The notes beneath the pieces were generated by a model, which had not been told where the DNA came from, did no database searches, and saw only the letters and a program-made list of their open reading frames with translations. Positions 61,701 to 64,000 of a stretch of DNA of 64,000 nt are shown here, one piece after another. The DNA is from Phaeosaccion multiseriatum (taxonomy: Eukaryota; Protista; Ochrophyta, other classes). Within the stretch, counting starts at the first letter, position 1. The number at the start of each line of letters is the position of its first letter. Both the position numbers and the translations under genes were made by a program. The DNA lies in the NCBI GenBank assembly GCA_965112735.1, contig OZ218952.1, positions 1,922,001 to 1,986,000 on the forward strand, in the 5' to 3' direction.

Positions 61701-64000
61701 AAGTCCGGCACAGGCCTTTTGCACGTACTGCCAATGAGACCAACGGCCCATCCCCCACCCCCCGCAGCCCCCCCTTCGAAAGAAAGCGCGCCCTACACCA
61801 CAGCAGCAGGAAGAGGTAAGCAAGGTTTCGGTTTTTGTAAAGTGCTCCATCATCAGCCAAAACAAGAACCCCCATCCCCTCCAGGGCTCTGTTTCGCTGG
61901 GCATTAGCACGGAGGATATGAAGAAGGCCCTGCCTAGCGAACAAGACCGGTTGGCCCTGCAGCACCTAGTCGACTTGGTGAGGGGTCGCAATGGCGACCA
62001 CCGCGTTCTCGGGTCACGGAAAACGGCTCATGCGTTCATGGTGCAGGTGGGTGCGCTGTCTTTGTCTTGGCTGTGGCTGAGGTGAAGACTCACACGTCGC
62101 TCAAACACAATGGCTGATACCACAGGGTCGCGGGGAGAGTGCCAGCAACAAGGCGATCAAGGAGGGACCGCGGATGACGAAAGGAGGCAAGGACAGCATG
62201 CCTCACTCCCGACCCCTGACGGAGGAGGCACTTGTGGCGGCCCATCGGGGTAGCATCAGCAAAGTACCCCACGAGAAGGTTGGTTGGTCGACTGTCGACT
62301 GTTTTACGTACCGCGCCTTGGCCCAGCCAGAAACAAACTAATGCATGAATGCATGCATACATACAAAAAAAAAACAGGTGGTGTGCCCTGACTGTGGGGA
62401 TGAGCTCATCATTGCCGCGCACGACGAGTGGACACGGTTGCAGGGCCTCAAGGCCATGTGGGACCGCCACCGCAACGGACATTACATTGGGGACGGCGCG
62501 CCACATTTCCCCCACTGCACATACGGCAGACCGGAGCTCAACGCGGTGATTCAGCTCCTCAAGAAGTCGCCCAAGGCGCCGGAGGAGCTCGAGGGACAAC
62601 TCCCGAAGGAGCGGAGGCAGCATGACCCTCGGGATGGGGACCTACGGACCCCCGACGTTCTCATTTGCATGAGGGCAGAGGGCAAATGGGGCGGGGCCGT
62701 CCTTCCCTTCTACCACGGCGACCTGTACAACTCGAGCATGACTCCCGCGCAGATTGCCCACAACGCCCTGCTCTTTGACAAGACGTTAGCGCTCGACAGT
62801 GGTGTGCCCCAGGACGAGGTGGACTTTGCGCGCATTCTTCTTGGCGTAGGCCTCGACACCCTCCAGCAAGAGGGGATCGGCAGCAACGACTCAAGGAAGG
62901 ACGCCACCAGGAGTGCCGCCCTGCTACGACCCATGACGCAAGGTGCCGAGCGTTCCTCTTCCCGCGAAGGCACTACGGCCAAATTTTGCCTCCCCTCGAA
63001 TGAGTTCTTGGAGGAGCAGGGCCTCCAGTCCTCCACCGTGGTGAGGGGCAGGCAAGCCTTTGGCAAGGCCTGCAGGGGGCGGCGTTTGTGGCAGAGGGGT
63101 GACAACCCCTACCATCTGGACCAAGCCTATGTCTCGTACCAGCGGCCGCTCCTGGACGCCATTAAGATCAGGTCCACGGGTTCGGGGGAGGCCGGCGAGC
63201 AGCCGCAGCAGCCGCAGCAGGAGGAGCAGCAGCCGCAGCAGCAGCCGGAGCAGCAGCGCATTACCTATAATGGAGAGGATCAGACGACTGGGCGAGGCTT
63301 CCTCCATTCCCTTGAGAACAAGGGCGTCCGCCAGGCTGACCTACTCATCGTGGCGCAGGGCATGGCGGCTCTGGGCATCCCCGTCTTCGAGGGCGACAGA
63401 CGCAGTCAGCCGCGCGGCCGGGAGTTGGACACGTATCGCAAGCGGCATAACAAAGTGAGTACGAAATTAGAGAGGGGAGGCAGAGCGAGTCCGAGGCCAG
63501 CAGCACAGCCACGTCAGAAACATGCAAACGGAGCGACCCCCTGCCTTGACTTACGTGAGGCTGCCCTTGCTTGACTGTCACCCTGCCTCCCACGACACAC
63601 AGGTGACCCTCCTCTTCTTCCAAAAGTGGATCAAGAGAGCAAATATCACTCAGAATGAGATGCTCTTCTTGATGGACTTGTGGAAAAGAGCCCCCCCAAG
63701 CAAAGTGGATACGGGGGCGGTCTTCTCCTGGGGGAGCTTCATGAGCTCTCCGGAAGGCAGGTTCACGCTCTCTGGTCTGATGGGCTTGAGCTGCACCGAC
63801 GGGTGCAACCAGTTGACAGAGTGCAGCCTCTTCCTCATGAACGCCCCCCCGGAACTGCGCGTGTTCCGGTCGCTCATCCTCTTGGGGTGCACCTCCAACG
63901 ACAAGGTGTACATCAACAAGGGCTACAATCGGAAGGATGGAAGCCGAATCGAAAAAGCCGGTGTCCACTTCCTCCATCCCCAGGTAGGTAGCTACCTCCC
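58773..64000 (+). pseudogene. Multi-exon gene of unknown function with two degenerate OTU-like repeats, a basic NLS-like motif, a CxxC motif and a Cys-rich domain; one frameshift near 60541; runs off the window
   Basis: ATG 58773 and GT-AG exons including 59724-61124, 62378-63454 and 63603-63982. The frame changes at TCCAAAGGCTC, where the paralog has TCCAAGAGGCTC. Could be an intact gene with an assembly indel. Confidence 0.62.

Noticed and set aside
1-64000. tRNA or rRNA genes and prokaryotic operon or defence systems
   Set aside because: None recognised by eye; gene structure is spliceosomal throughout. tRNAscan or Infernal would be needed to exclude small RNAs.

Overview
Eukaryotic, GC-rich, intron- and microsatellite-rich genomic DNA, probably from a protist or alga (stramenopile-like; organism not determinable from sequence alone). 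Most six-frame ORFs are artefacts of simple repeats. Splicing GT-AG exons by hand with phase checks gives about 11 genes: delta-COP (490-4986 +); a hypothetical protein ending in a small phage-like domain (5934-11091 -); an EF-hand protein with a very long Glu tract (11393-15637 +); a YjjX-type ITP/XTPase (16547-17751 +); a coiled-coil hypothetical (about 19080-20291 -); a Sec14/CRAL-TRIO + FFAT-like + two tetraspanin-like blocks + EBP/EXPERA fusion (20729-26891 +); Mpo1/DUF962 (28338-30471 -); an ankyrin-repeat protein with a duplication-born micro-exon (30911-32996 -); a 20-kb VASt + split PDZ + VPS9 + ankyrin gene (33300-53113 +); a small mitochondrial-type helical protein (53726-54667 -); and a decaying, locally duplicated and inverted family with degenerate OTU-like repeats (55.3-64 kb). 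The best candidates for an undescribed system are the two lipid-transfer fusion proteins, which look like membrane-contact-site machines and lie about 6.5 kb apart around a lipid-catabolic gene. All domain calls come from motif recognition by eye, not from database searches.
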